The position numbers and the translations under genes were made by a program. The notes under the pieces were generated by a model. The model saw nothing but the letters and a program-made list of their open reading frames with translations, was not told where the DNA came from and did not search any database. 64,000 nucleotides of DNA from positions 448,001 through 512,000 of the forward strand of contig JAUVXV010000001.1 in the NCBI GenBank assembly GCA_030603365.1, in the 5' to 3' direction. The first letter of the stretch is position 1. Every line of letters begins with the position of its first letter. Positions 9,852-18,470 of the stretch are shown in pieces. The DNA is from Candidatus Heimdallarchaeota archaeon (GTDB taxonomy: Archaea; Asgardarchaeota; Heimdallarchaeia; Heimdallarchaeales; Heimdallarchaeaceae).

Positions 9852-10211
9852 TTATCCTGCAATTCTTATTGATAAAATTCCTCTTTTGTCTTTTATAACA
9901 GAGACAGCTTCGTTTGGAGCAACAATTGTAAACCCTTTAGTCTTGTTTCCTCTACCAAATATCTTTGACCACTTGAAGTCCTCTCCACCTTCAATTGAGA
10001 ACAATTTGATACCTATAAATTTAGTGTAATCAATTTTGGACATAGTTTTTTCTATCAAGTCTAATTCTTCTGTGTGTGATAGACCATCCTCAAGTACTAG
10101 TATAGTATTTCTAACTACTTTTGATAGAATATAACTTACTTTTTCTTCTGAAGAGAGATCTATTGTCTCTGAAAATGGTATAAAATCTACTCTATATTTC
10201 ATTACTTTCAC
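9852..10211 (-). CDS. DUF2073 / OapB-family protein
   Basis: EEKVSYIL, ILVLEDGL, GFTIVAP; overlaps the GTPase stop. Confidence 0.75.
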   Translation of the reverse strand: MKVMKYRVDFIPFSETIDLSSEEKVSYILSKVVRNTILVLEDGLSHTEELDLIEKTMSKIDYTKFIGIKLFSIEGGEDFKWSKIFGRGNKTKGFTIVAPNEAVSVIKDKRGILSIRIAG

Positions 10212-10822
10212 CTTACCTTCCTCGCCATATTGGCGATTGTATTGTAGAGTGTCTCTATACCATCTCCCTGTGTAGCTGATACAGGAACAACCGTATAATC
10301 CTGAAATGCATCTTTAACCATTCTTATATCTGCATCTAGTAAATCGATTTTGTTAGGTACAAGTATGAATGGTTTCTTCTGATGTTCCAAATTTCCAATA
10401 ATGGTAAAATTAACTTGATCGTAAGGAGATTTAGTTGCATCAATCACTACTAGAGCAACATCTACATTTTCTAAGAATTTAATTGCTTCCACTATTCCTC
10501 TTGTTGCTTCTTTAGCTCTTTGCATTGCCTCTCCTGCAGATAGTCCATATCTCATGAATTCCTTCGGATTAACTGAAGAAGCAATTCCTGGCATATCAAT
10601 TAGTGTAAGATCAAGTTTTGTACCATTTGAAGAAAAATTCACTTTCTCAAGCTTTTGAATTGTTCTAGTTTCATGTGGAATCTCACTTACAATTCCAACT
10701 TCTTGGTTAGCCCAATCCTTACCCATTTTGTTAGCAAGTGTTGTCTTTCCAGCGTTAACTTCACCATAAAACCCTAAATTAATTGATTTTGGCTTTGATT
10801 TTAGCCACAATCTCCATGACAT
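10208..10822 (-). CDS. Era-like GTP-binding protein (OapA family)
   Basis: GEVNAGKTT, PHETR, DMPG, EATRGI, NKID. Confidence 0.88.
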   Translation of the reverse strand: MSWRLWLKSKPKSINLGFYGEVNAGKTTLANKMGKDWANQEVGIVSEIPHETRTIQKLEKVNFSSNGTKLDLTLIDMPGIASSVNPKEFMRYGLSAGEAMQRAKEATRGIVEAIKFLENVDVALVVIDATKSPYDQVNFTIIGNLEHQKKPFILVPNKIDLLDADIRMVKDAFQDYTVVPVSATQGDGIETLYNTIANMARKVR

Positions 10823-11020
10823 TCATTTCACCTTATGAAGCATTCTTTATAGTTAACTTAAAACGAAATATTATTGACATCACACGCTGGTATTACGTAA
10901 GTCATTTTCATGTTTTTCTTACCAAAAAACTGACAATTTCATTTGTTGCAATTAAAAAATTTATTAAAAACATAGTTTCTTAAAACTTGTTGATAAAAGA
11001 ACTCTGGATAGTGACCAAAG

Positions 11021-12100
11021 ATGTTCATTATGGGAACAAATCTTAAATTGTGGTTGAAATTGCTCTTAAAAAACAAATTCAATGTCAGCCTACGCTATAT
11101 ACCACGGGTTTTTATCATTTCTTTAGTCGTTAGTTTTTTCACTCCTTTAGTATTATATGAACATCTTCGATTTAGAAAACAAATAAGAAAAGTTAAAATC
11201 GATAAACACCCCATTTTCATCATTGGGCATTGGAGAACAGGAACTACACATCTACAGAATTTACTTCTAAACGATGATCAGTTTGGATATCTGAATCTTA
11301 TTGAAGCAACTTTTCCGTACTTACTATTAGGGAATTATAAGCTAATTCACTTCTTGATGAAACCCCTTATCCCAAAAACTAGAGCAATGGATTCGATGGA
11401 AATGAATCCAGAAACACCTCAAGAACATGAATTTGCTCTCACTAATCTATGCTTACATTCCCCTTTAACTTCATTGTTCTTCTTGAATAAAGAGGAAGAA
11501 TATCTGAAATATGCTTTGTTTAATGAAGTATATGAGAATGAGTTCAAAGAATGGAAAAGTGCATTCAGTTATTTAATTAACAAATTGACACTCAAGGAAG
11601 AAGGAAAACAGTTATTGTTAAAAAATCCTTTAGACACATTTAGAATTAAAATCCTTCTTGAATTATATCCTAAATCTAAATTCATCCATATTTATAGAGA
11701 TCCATACAATATTTTCTACTCTATGGTGAAACTATATCAGACTAATACTAACTTATTTTGGTTACACAAACCTAATTTTAATCTTCATGATTTCATTTTC
11801 AGAATTTATTCTAGCATGAATCAGGATTTATACAAAGAAATAAAGGAAATTCCAACTGATCAGTTTATTGAAATTAGATATGAAGATTTAATTTCTAACA
11901 CCTCACAACAATTGAAACGAATTTATAACCATCTATCTTTGGGAAAATTTGAAATAATTAAGGAAAAAGTAGATATTTACATAGATTCGCTTGAAGGATA
12001 TGAAGTTGACTCCTATTCAATGTCCAAAGCTGAGAAACAACATATTTATTCTAAATGGAAAGAATCAATAGATAAATGGAATTATGAAAAACCATCATAA
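11021..12100 (+). CDS. PAPS-dependent sulfotransferase (Stf3-like)
   Basis: GHWRTGTT, PQEHE, LLKNP, IHIYRDPY, RYEDL. Confidence 0.85.
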   Translation: MFIMGTNLKLWLKLLLKNKFNVSLRYIPRVFIISLVVSFFTPLVLYEHLRFRKQIRKVKIDKHPIFIIGHWRTGTTHLQNLLLNDDQFGYLNLIEATFPYLLLGNYKLIHFLMKPLIPKTRAMDSMEMNPETPQEHEFALTNLCLHSPLTSLFFLNKEEEYLKYALFNEVYENEFKEWKSAFSYLINKLTLKEEGKQLLLKNPLDTFRIKILLELYPKSKFIHIYRDPYNIFYSMVKLYQTNTNLFWLHKPNFNLHDFIFRIYSSMNQDLYKEIKEIPTDQFIEIRYEDLISNTSQQLKRIYNHLSLGKFEIIKEKVDIYIDSLEGYEVDSYSMSKAEKQHIYSKWKESIDKWNYEKPS

Positions 12101-12162
12101 TAATTGGTATTCTTAAAATAATCACCAGTAATAATTAAATAGAATTAAGCTAATATTATCAA

Positions 12163-12708
12163 GTGAAAAGAAGAAACGTCTTATCTAGAATCTTGTTTGA
12201 TTTAGGCGGTTCATTAATAGGAGCAGCCTTAGCGTATTTTGCATTTATAATTGTCCAAGCTATATATTCTATTTATCAATGGAAAATAATAATTGGATTT
12301 GCTGTACTATTAGTTGCCAGTGGATTTGTCATAGGTTTTTTTGCATTCAAAAAAGATGGTATATTTCTCTCAGGTACTATTGGATTAGTTTTTCTTATAA
12401 TTATGGCAATTTACGGTTTTATGGGCATAGGTTTATATGAAATCATAAATAATTATGCTTTAACTCTTGTTCTAAGTATCGTGGAAGGCATAATTTTCTT
12501 TTGTGTTATGGTTTTGGGAGCTTTTCTAGGAAGTGTACTTACACCCGCAATTTGGCAATTTTCAAAGAAAGAGATTCATGAAATAAAAGACGCTTCAATT
12601 GTCAAAAAAGAAGAAACAGAAGTTGTGCAAAAAATATATTGTTCAGTATGTGGTTCAGAAGTTCCAAGGAACTCAAATAAATGCATAATTTGTGGAAAGA
12701 AAGTCTAA
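12163..12708 (+). CDS. Membrane protein with C-terminal zinc ribbon
   Basis: About 4 TM segments, then CSVCG...CIICG. Confidence 0.75.
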   Translation: MKRRNVLSRILFDLGGSLIGAALAYFAFIIVQAIYSIYQWKIIIGFAVLLVASGFVIGFFAFKKDGIFLSGTIGLVFLIIMAIYGFMGIGLYEIINNYALTLVLSIVEGIIFFCVMVLGAFLGSVLTPAIWQFSKKEIHEIKDASIVKKEETEVVQKIYCSVCGSEVPRNSNKCIICGKKV

Positions 12709-12722
12709 AAAGAAATATCAAT

Positions 12723-13868
12723 TTAGAGATATTTCATTTCTTTTGGAGTGTTTGAGAGCCTGATAGAACCTTCTTTTGTAACAACACAATCATCTTCAAG
12801 ACGTATACCAAATTCATCTGCAAAATAGAGGCCAGGTTCAACAGTTATAACTGAGTTTTCCAATAGGGCTTTACTTGGATTATCAGGAGTAGATTTTCGA
12901 ATACCTATTCCTATATCATGAGTTTCTATCCCAAGTGGGTGTCCTGTTGAGTGTATGTATAATTTTTCATGATCATATCCATACTCCTCAAATTTATCTC
13001 TGACAGCAATCTCTACTTCTTCACCCAGTACTCCAGCTCTAATTTTCATAAATGCAGCTTCTTTTGCTTGATCCACAGCTTCGTATGCATGTAGTACATT
13101 CTCTGGAGGATTTTTTCCAATCCAGTATGTGTGAGTGATATCTGAATTAGAACCCTCATATGCAACACCATAGTCAATTAGCAGCACTTGTTCCGCTTCA
13201 ATTTTCTTTTGTCCAGCTTTATGATGTGGTATAGCAGCATGAGATCCCGAAGCGACAATAGCTTCAAAAGCTACTCCTCCTCGTTTATTTGCCTCATATT
13301 CAATTAAGGCAGCAATCTCCTTCTCTGTAACTCTAGGTTTAATTTTAGGCTCAACAACATCTTCCATTAGCTCTTCAGCTAATTGTGCAGCAATTTTATG
13401 ATTCTCAATTTCTTTTTTGGTTTTTGTTGCTCTGATATCAAAAATAATATCCTTAGCAGAAATATAATTCAATTGAGAGTTGAAATTTGTTAAAGCTTTA
13501 AGAGTTCCACTTGTTAGAATATCAAAATTAAATTTAGAGAAAACTTGTTCTTCTTCTACAAAGTTTAATGCTATTTTTGCTTTCGGTGAAAAACTATTGA
13601 GTAAGGTTTTGATCGAATCTTTCAATTCTTCTCCTTTCTTGTACGGAACAACATCATAAATTTCATCATTAACCATCATTGCTTCCATACGTGATGTTAT
13701 AACAGTAGGTTTTCCAGATTGAGGTATAAGGGTCAATGTTGGACTAGAAAACCATTTTCCTAAAAGATATCGTTGGTGAATGTCATAAGAATGATGACAA
13801 AAAACAATCCATCCATCAGCCCCATGCATCTTAAGAACATTTTGAATTCTATTTATCTTCTCTTTCAA
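12723..13868 (-). CDS. Xaa-Pro peptidase (M24B)
   Basis: IDYG, SDITHT, HSTGH, TVEPGLY, RLEDD. Confidence 0.92.
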   Translation of the reverse strand: MKEKINRIQNVLKMHGADGWIVFCHHSYDIHQRYLLGKWFSSPTLTLIPQSGKPTVITSRMEAMMVNDEIYDVVPYKKGEELKDSIKTLLNSFSPKAKIALNFVEEEQVFSKFNFDILTSGTLKALTNFNSQLNYISAKDIIFDIRATKTKKEIENHKIAAQLAEELMEDVVEPKIKPRVTEKEIAALIEYEANKRGGVAFEAIVASGSHAAIPHHKAGQKKIEAEQVLLIDYGVAYEGSNSDITHTYWIGKNPPENVLHAYEAVDQAKEAAFMKIRAGVLGEEVEIAVRDKFEEYGYDHEKLYIHSTGHPLGIETHDIGIGIRKSTPDNPSKALLENSVITVEPGLYFADEFGIRLEDDCVVTKEGSIRLSNTPKEMKYL

Positions 13869-14490
13869 ATTCTACACATTCCTTAAATATTGAACGAAGT
13901 TCATTTGATAATAATTCATTGTCTGCTATTTCAATTAAATCTTTAAATGTGTCTATGTCTCTGTAAGCTTTGTTATACTTGTTTACTGTAATTCCAATTG
14001 AATTCCTCTCAAAAAATTCTTTGAATCTAAGAGATGAATTTCTTCCAAATACCTTTGGAAATTTTTCTTTTCTCCTAAAACAGATAATACTTGTTCCTTT
14101 ATCTGCTGTGGGTGCTAGAATAGCTTTGAGTGTCTTCTTATATTTGTTAATTATGTCTTCTATATGGTTGGCTGTGATTAAAGGTAAATCTGCCATTACA
14201 ATTACAATTGTTTCTTCCTCTATTTCCTCAAGAGCTAAAGAAATTGAATCATTTAGCTCTTTCCCTTTATCTTTCAAAATCTCAAAATTACCCTCAAACT
14301 CTAATTCAGATTTTTGTGTTAACACATAAACTTTGTCTATTCCCCTTATTTTGAGAACTTCATGTATTACATTCTGCGTTACTTCTTTTAGTAATCGCTC
14401 TAGAATAATTTCATCTAAATTGCTTCGAAGCCTGCTCTTATCCGTAACAGTGCCTCTGTAGGGAATAATTATTGCCTTACTCATTAGCAT
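13849..14490 (-). CDS. cofC: 2-phospho-L-lactate/PEP guanylyltransferase
   Basis: AIIIP, KSRL, MADLPLI, APTADKGTS, DIDT..DL. Confidence 0.8.
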   Translation of the reverse strand: MLMSKAIIIPYRGTVTDKSRLRSNLDEIILERLLKEVTQNVIHEVLKIRGIDKVYVLTQKSELEFEGNFEILKDKGKELNDSISLALEEIEEETIVIVMADLPLITANHIEDIINKYKKTLKAILAPTADKGTSIICFRRKEKFPKVFGRNSSLRFKEFFERNSIGITVNKYNKAYRDIDTFKDLIEIADNELLSNELRSIFKECVEFEREDK

Positions 14491-15274
14491 CCCTGATATA
14501 TTTTTCTATTAATTCTTTTATAAAAAGAGGATTGTCAATTAATGGTCTAGCTATTGAAACTGCTTTTGCACCTACTGATAGCATTTTTTGTACATCTTCA
14601 ATTGTTCTCACTGAATTATTCCCAATTATTGGAATATTTGTACTTTCAGCAAATTCTTGTATAATTCCAATATCTGCTCTTGTTTCATCTGGTATCATTG
14701 CATCTATGTGAATGAACTTACATTCGTATCTCTCTAATATTCTGATTAAGCTATTAGCATCTTGGATTACATGCCCTCTGATTTTTATCCCAAATGAATT
14801 ATGAGGATTAAATTGTTTGATTTCTTGTAATAGTCTTTCCAAGTTGGCTAAATTATACAATAATGCTTGCCCTCCTCCAATACTAACAATTTCCTCTTGT
14901 CTACAATGAGCATTTATCTCTAAATAATCCACATAAAGGTTAAGATGGTTCAGCCAAATTTTACTCATATAATCAATTTCTACTATTCTTACATTCGTGG
15001 AAATTATCTGATCTAATCTCTTCTTTTTTAATCGAAGGTTATCAATACACCATCTTTTTATTTCATTCTCTCTTTCGGACAACAAAAACTCCTTTCTCCC
15101 TCGATTAAGTAGTAATTGTGTTGCGTTTTTGCATTTTTTATCAATAGATAACCCCCCTAAAATTGTCATACTGACATTGAGTTCTAACATTTTTTGACAA
15201 AATTGAAAATTAGCAATTCCTGCTAAAGCCGATTGTATTATTGGAGGATGAAACATATCACTCTTCATACTCAT
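14477..15274 (-). CDS. DUS-like FMN TIM-barrel protein (MJ0144-like)
   Basis: SALAG, LEINAHCRQ, HIDAM, IIGNNSV, VSIAR. Confidence 0.8.
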   Translation of the reverse strand: MSMKSDMFHPPIIQSALAGIANFQFCQKMLELNVSMTILGGLSIDKKCKNATQLLLNRGRKEFLLSERENEIKRWCIDNLRLKKKRLDQIISTNVRIVEIDYMSKIWLNHLNLYVDYLEINAHCRQEEIVSIGGGQALLYNLANLERLLQEIKQFNPHNSFGIKIRGHVIQDANSLIRILERYECKFIHIDAMIPDETRADIGIIQEFAESTNIPIIGNNSVRTIEDVQKMLSVGAKAVSIARPLIDNPLFIKELIEKYIRDANE

Positions 15275-15279
15275 GATGT

Positions 15280-16206
15280 CTATCCTCTATTTATTATCAT
15301 TGAAGCTAGGTTTTTTGCTATGATATTATCTTTGAACAAAATGTTTTCAGATAATACTGTAAGATTTGTTTGCTTTTCTATAGGTTTTATCAGATCTTTG
15401 TCAGTACTATGTACAATAAAAACATCACACAAATCTTGATACATTTTTGCTATTTCTAATGTGGATATAGCATAACCTTCTGATTTCATCAATTTGGCAG
15501 TTGGACCACTAACAGGATTTTTGCCAATAATAGGGCTTATAGCAATGATTCTCTCTTTGTTCTTACGTAATCGTTTTTCTATTGGCATCAATTTAATGAT
15601 TGGACCTATGCTTGTTATGGGATTGCTTGGACCAATAATTATTTTATCACTTTGGTCAATACTTTTCAATGCAACTTCTGGAACCTCTGCTTCATTTAGG
15701 TTTTTGATATATATTTTATCTATCTCAACTTCTCCTTTTTGCTTTACCCAAAACTCTTGAAAGTGAATATCTTCTCCTTTATTTGTTATAATCCTAGTTT
15801 CAATATGCGTATCTGAACTTGGAAAAATTCTTGAATCTATTTGTAATTTTTTTCTTAATATATCTGTTATTTCGGATAATTTTTTCCCTTTTCTAATTTG
15901 ATCCGTTCTGAATATGTGAGTTGCTAGATCTCTATCCCCAATATTAAACCAAGTGTCATATCCAAGATTATTCAAATGCTTCAGTGTGTTAAATGTATCA
16001 TTCTTTATTCCCCAAAATCTCTCAGTGTCTAGAATATTACTCAATAAGTAGATTATTGTGTCAATGTCTGGTGATACATATAATCCATATATCCATATAT
16101 CGTCTGCTGAATTGGCTATTATGGATATTTGATTTTCATCTAGAATTTTTCTAAAACCTTGTATTAATTTTGGAGTTCCGGTTCCTCCTGAAAGAAAAGT
16201 AATCAT
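15280..16206 (-). CDS. cofD: 2-phospho-L-lactate transferase
   Basis: LSGGTGTPK, PDIDT, WFNIGDRDLATH, HFQEFWV, GPSNPITSI. Confidence 0.94.
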   Translation of the reverse strand: MITFLSGGTGTPKLIQGFRKILDENQISIIANSADDIWIYGLYVSPDIDTIIYLLSNILDTERFWGIKNDTFNTLKHLNNLGYDTWFNIGDRDLATHIFRTDQIRKGKKLSEITDILRKKLQIDSRIFPSSDTHIETRIITNKGEDIHFQEFWVKQKGEVEIDKIYIKNLNEAEVPEVALKSIDQSDKIIIGPSNPITSIGPIIKLMPIEKRLRKNKERIIAISPIIGKNPVSGPTAKLMKSEGYAISTLEIAKMYQDLCDVFIVHSTDKDLIKPIEKQTNLTVLSENILFKDNIIAKNLASMIINRG

Positions 16207-16254
16207 GTTAAAACCTTGATTTGATTTCTGAAAAGGTTTGATGTCCTAAGAAAA

Positions 16255-17127
16255 TTATTTCTTCTTAGTTTTACTTTTTTTAGTTTTTTTAGCTGCTGGT
16301 TTCTTGGCTGCTTCCTTTGGCTTAGCTGCTGGTTTCTTGGCTGCTTCCTTTGGCTTAGCTGCTGGTTTCTTGGTTGCTTCTTTTGGCTTAGCTGCTGGTT
16401 TCTTGGTTGCTTCCTTTGGCTTAGCTGCTGGTTTCTTGGTTGCTTCTTTTGGCTTAGCTGCTGGTTTCTTGGCTGTAACCCTCTTCTTTGCAATAGGTTT
16501 TACATCTGATAATCTTAATCTTGCTGAAGATTTTATAATTACTCTATAATATGCTCCATCTTCACCCATCTCAGGATTGCGAACTATTCTAATTATGTCA
16601 CCAGGTTTTGCTTGAATAGCTTTTACAGCTGGATCAGTTTCGAGAATTTTAGGGATTTGATGCTTCTCTATTTGATATCTAGTAAGAAAACTCTTGATAT
16701 CCTTAGTTTTTAGTTTAAAGTGTTGAGGAACCAATTCATGATCGAATATGTTGAAAAGAGGGTTTGTACTACTAATAATCTCAATTCCTAACTTTACTGA
16801 TTCCTTTTTAGCATAATGAGTTAATGCCGCTTCAGCAATAAGAAGTGCTTCATCCAAACTCTTTTCTTCCTGGAGTTTACCCAATGTTCTTATTGTTTTA
16901 ACACCAATTTGTGGGTTTTTAGGAAAACGAGCGATTGCTGATACTTTGTCTCCTTCTTCTTGTTTTTTTTCAGCATAAACGTCTAAAAAATCATCATCTT
17001 CGATAGTTTTTTTAATTTCGAATTCTCTGAATTCAAGAATTTCTTTGACTCCTTTTAGGATTCTCTTTTCTTTAGCTAGCTGTTCTTTAGTTGACAAGGA
17101 GGTTGCACCGCTCTCAATAACTATCAA
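16255..17127 (-). CDS. rpo5: RNA polymerase Rpo5/RPB5-like protein with N-terminal jaw domain and K/A/P-rich tail
   Basis: HELVPQH, IPKILETDP, PGDIIRIVR, YYRV; IGVKTIR jaw motif. Confidence 0.85.
   Translation of the reverse strand: MIVIESGATSLSTKEQLAKEKRILKGVKEILEFREFEIKKTIEDDDFLDVYAEKKQEEGDKVSAIARFPKNPQIGVKTIRTLGKLQEEKSLDEALLIAEAALTHYAKKESVKLGIEIISSTNPLFNIFDHELVPQHFKLKTKDIKSFLTRYQIEKHQIPKILETDPAVKAIQAKPGDIIRIVRNPEMGEDGAYYRVIIKSSARLRLSDVKPIAKKRVTAKKPAAKPKEATKKPAAKPKEATKKPAAKPKEATKKPAAKPKEAAKKPAAKPKEAAKKPAAKKTKKSKTKKK
16289..16475. repeat. 33-bp tandem repeat, about 5.6 copies (encodes KKPAAKPKEA[T/A])
   Basis: TTAGCTGCTGGTTTCTTGG(C/T)TGCTTC(C/T)TTTGGC units start at 16289, 16322, 16355, 16388, 16421 and 16454 (partial). 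Confidence 0.95.
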
Positions 17128-17165
17128 TTGGTTTAAAATCTTTTGAAAAGTGACTAGTTTTGAAT

Positions 17166-17525
17166 TTATGAACTCTTATCCTTTTCTTTTTGGAATTTAA
17201 TGAAATAAGAACCATCTTTATTTCGTCCAATTATTGGACTTTCTTCATCTGATTCAGCAAGAAGCTTATCTATATCAACTTCAAAAACACCGTTTGTTGT
17301 TAATCGTATTGCTTCAACTCCATCCTGAATTTCTGTACCTTCAATTTCATTTACAACTATTAATTCTAGTTCCTTTTCCTTTAAATCTGAATCTGCATTT
17401 TTTCTATATGTTTTGAACTTGAATGAACCACAAAATGGACATCCGTTAATAAGAATCTGAACATTTAATTCTAATTCCTTCTCACATAAACCACAAATCG
17501 TTGTTTTTTCTGATGGTTCTACCAT
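17166..17525 (-). CDS. Zn-ribbon DUF2072 / OapC-family protein
   Basis: CGLC...GCPFCGSFKF, IRLTTNGVFEVDIDKLL, DGSYFI. Confidence 0.75.
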   Translation of the reverse strand: MVEPSEKTTICGLCEKELELNVQILINGCPFCGSFKFKTYRKNADSDLKEKELELIVVNEIEGTEIQDGVEAIRLTTNGVFEVDIDKLLAESDEESPIIGRNKDGSYFIKFQKEKDKSS

Positions 17526-17567
17526 AGACTAACATTAGTTTCTTCTATTCTTATTTTTATTGCTTGT

Positions 17568-18422
17568 TTATTCCATCAGGACACTTGAACTATAAAGAAA
17601 AGGACCTTCATAATCACATCTGGAACATCCATTTTCTTCTAAATCCTCTAATGTTCCAAAATCACCATTCTCTCCAATATTATATAGAATTCCACATTTA
17701 CATTTGTATAGCTTTGGAGACATTTTGCTTTCTCTTAAATACATAGGACCATAATAGTGATTAAAAATTGTCTCTTTTGAGCTATTTTTTACTTTGAGAA
17801 TATACATGTTTGATGTATTCTTTTCAAAAGGTGTTGGATATTCGTATTTATTAAAATCTACGAGTACATTTTCAATTTCTAAATCCATCAAATTGAACAT
17901 TTCAGTAATCCATTCCTCTTTTTCTTTCTCAATATCAAAAGAGAGGAAGATTTTTGATGGGATTTCCTTTGTAGCACATTGAACAGCTCTAGATAAACCA
18001 ACTTCCAACCCTTCTTTAGTCATTGAAGGTTCTAGAAAAATGTAATCAAATTGATTTCTTAATATTGCTATCATCCTGATTCTAATATCCTGATTGATAT
18101 ATCTTATGGAACGGATTTTATAATCAAATTTCAGTTTAAATACTATTTCAGGTATTCTTTTATCTATATCTAAAACCGCTAGGTCTCTTGGTTTAGAAAT
18201 CATTCCGAGAGACAAAGAAGAAAGATCCATGTCACCTAAGAAAATTATTCGCTTTTTTTCATAATTCGCTGGGTTTTCCAATAGAATTCTTCGATAGCTT
18301 GTATCCAATGTTACATAATATTGATCAAATTCAGGATTAGGTTTTCCCCTAAGTTCTTGAATCTCGCCATATGCTGTTTTAATATTATTAAGAATATCTG
18401 AATCAAGAGATCCAACGTTCAT
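17568..18422 (-). CDS. Divergent BpsA/DUF43 aminopropyltransferase-like protein with C-terminal Zn finger
   Basis: EFDQ, FLGDMDLSSL, VLDIDKRI; CKCG...CSRC. Confidence 0.65.
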   Translation of the reverse strand: MNVGSLDSDILNNIKTAYGEIQELRGKPNPEFDQYYVTLDTSYRRILLENPANYEKKRIIFLGDMDLSSLSLGMISKPRDLAVLDIDKRIPEIVFKLKFDYKIRSIRYINQDIRIRMIAILRNQFDYIFLEPSMTKEGLEVGLSRAVQCATKEIPSKIFLSFDIEKEKEEWITEMFNLMDLEIENVLVDFNKYEYPTPFEKNTSNMYILKVKNSSKETIFNHYYGPMYLRESKMSPKLYKCKCGILYNIGENGDFGTLEDLEENGCSRCDYEGPFLYSSSVLME

Positions 18423-18470
18423 TGGTGACTATTTTTTTTTGCTACTTTAAAAAGATTCACTGAAGCGTCA

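Noticed and set aside
10823-11020. Replication origin next to the oapA-like GTPase
   Set aside because: No ORB-like motif and no cdc6/orc1 seen
16289-16475. 33-bp repeats as a CRISPR array
   Set aside because: Contiguous, in-frame, no spacers, no cas genes
16203-16549. ORFs 16203-16493(-) and 16304-16549(+) with repetitive peptides
   Set aside because: Alternative-frame and antisense readings of the 33-bp repeat inside rpo5
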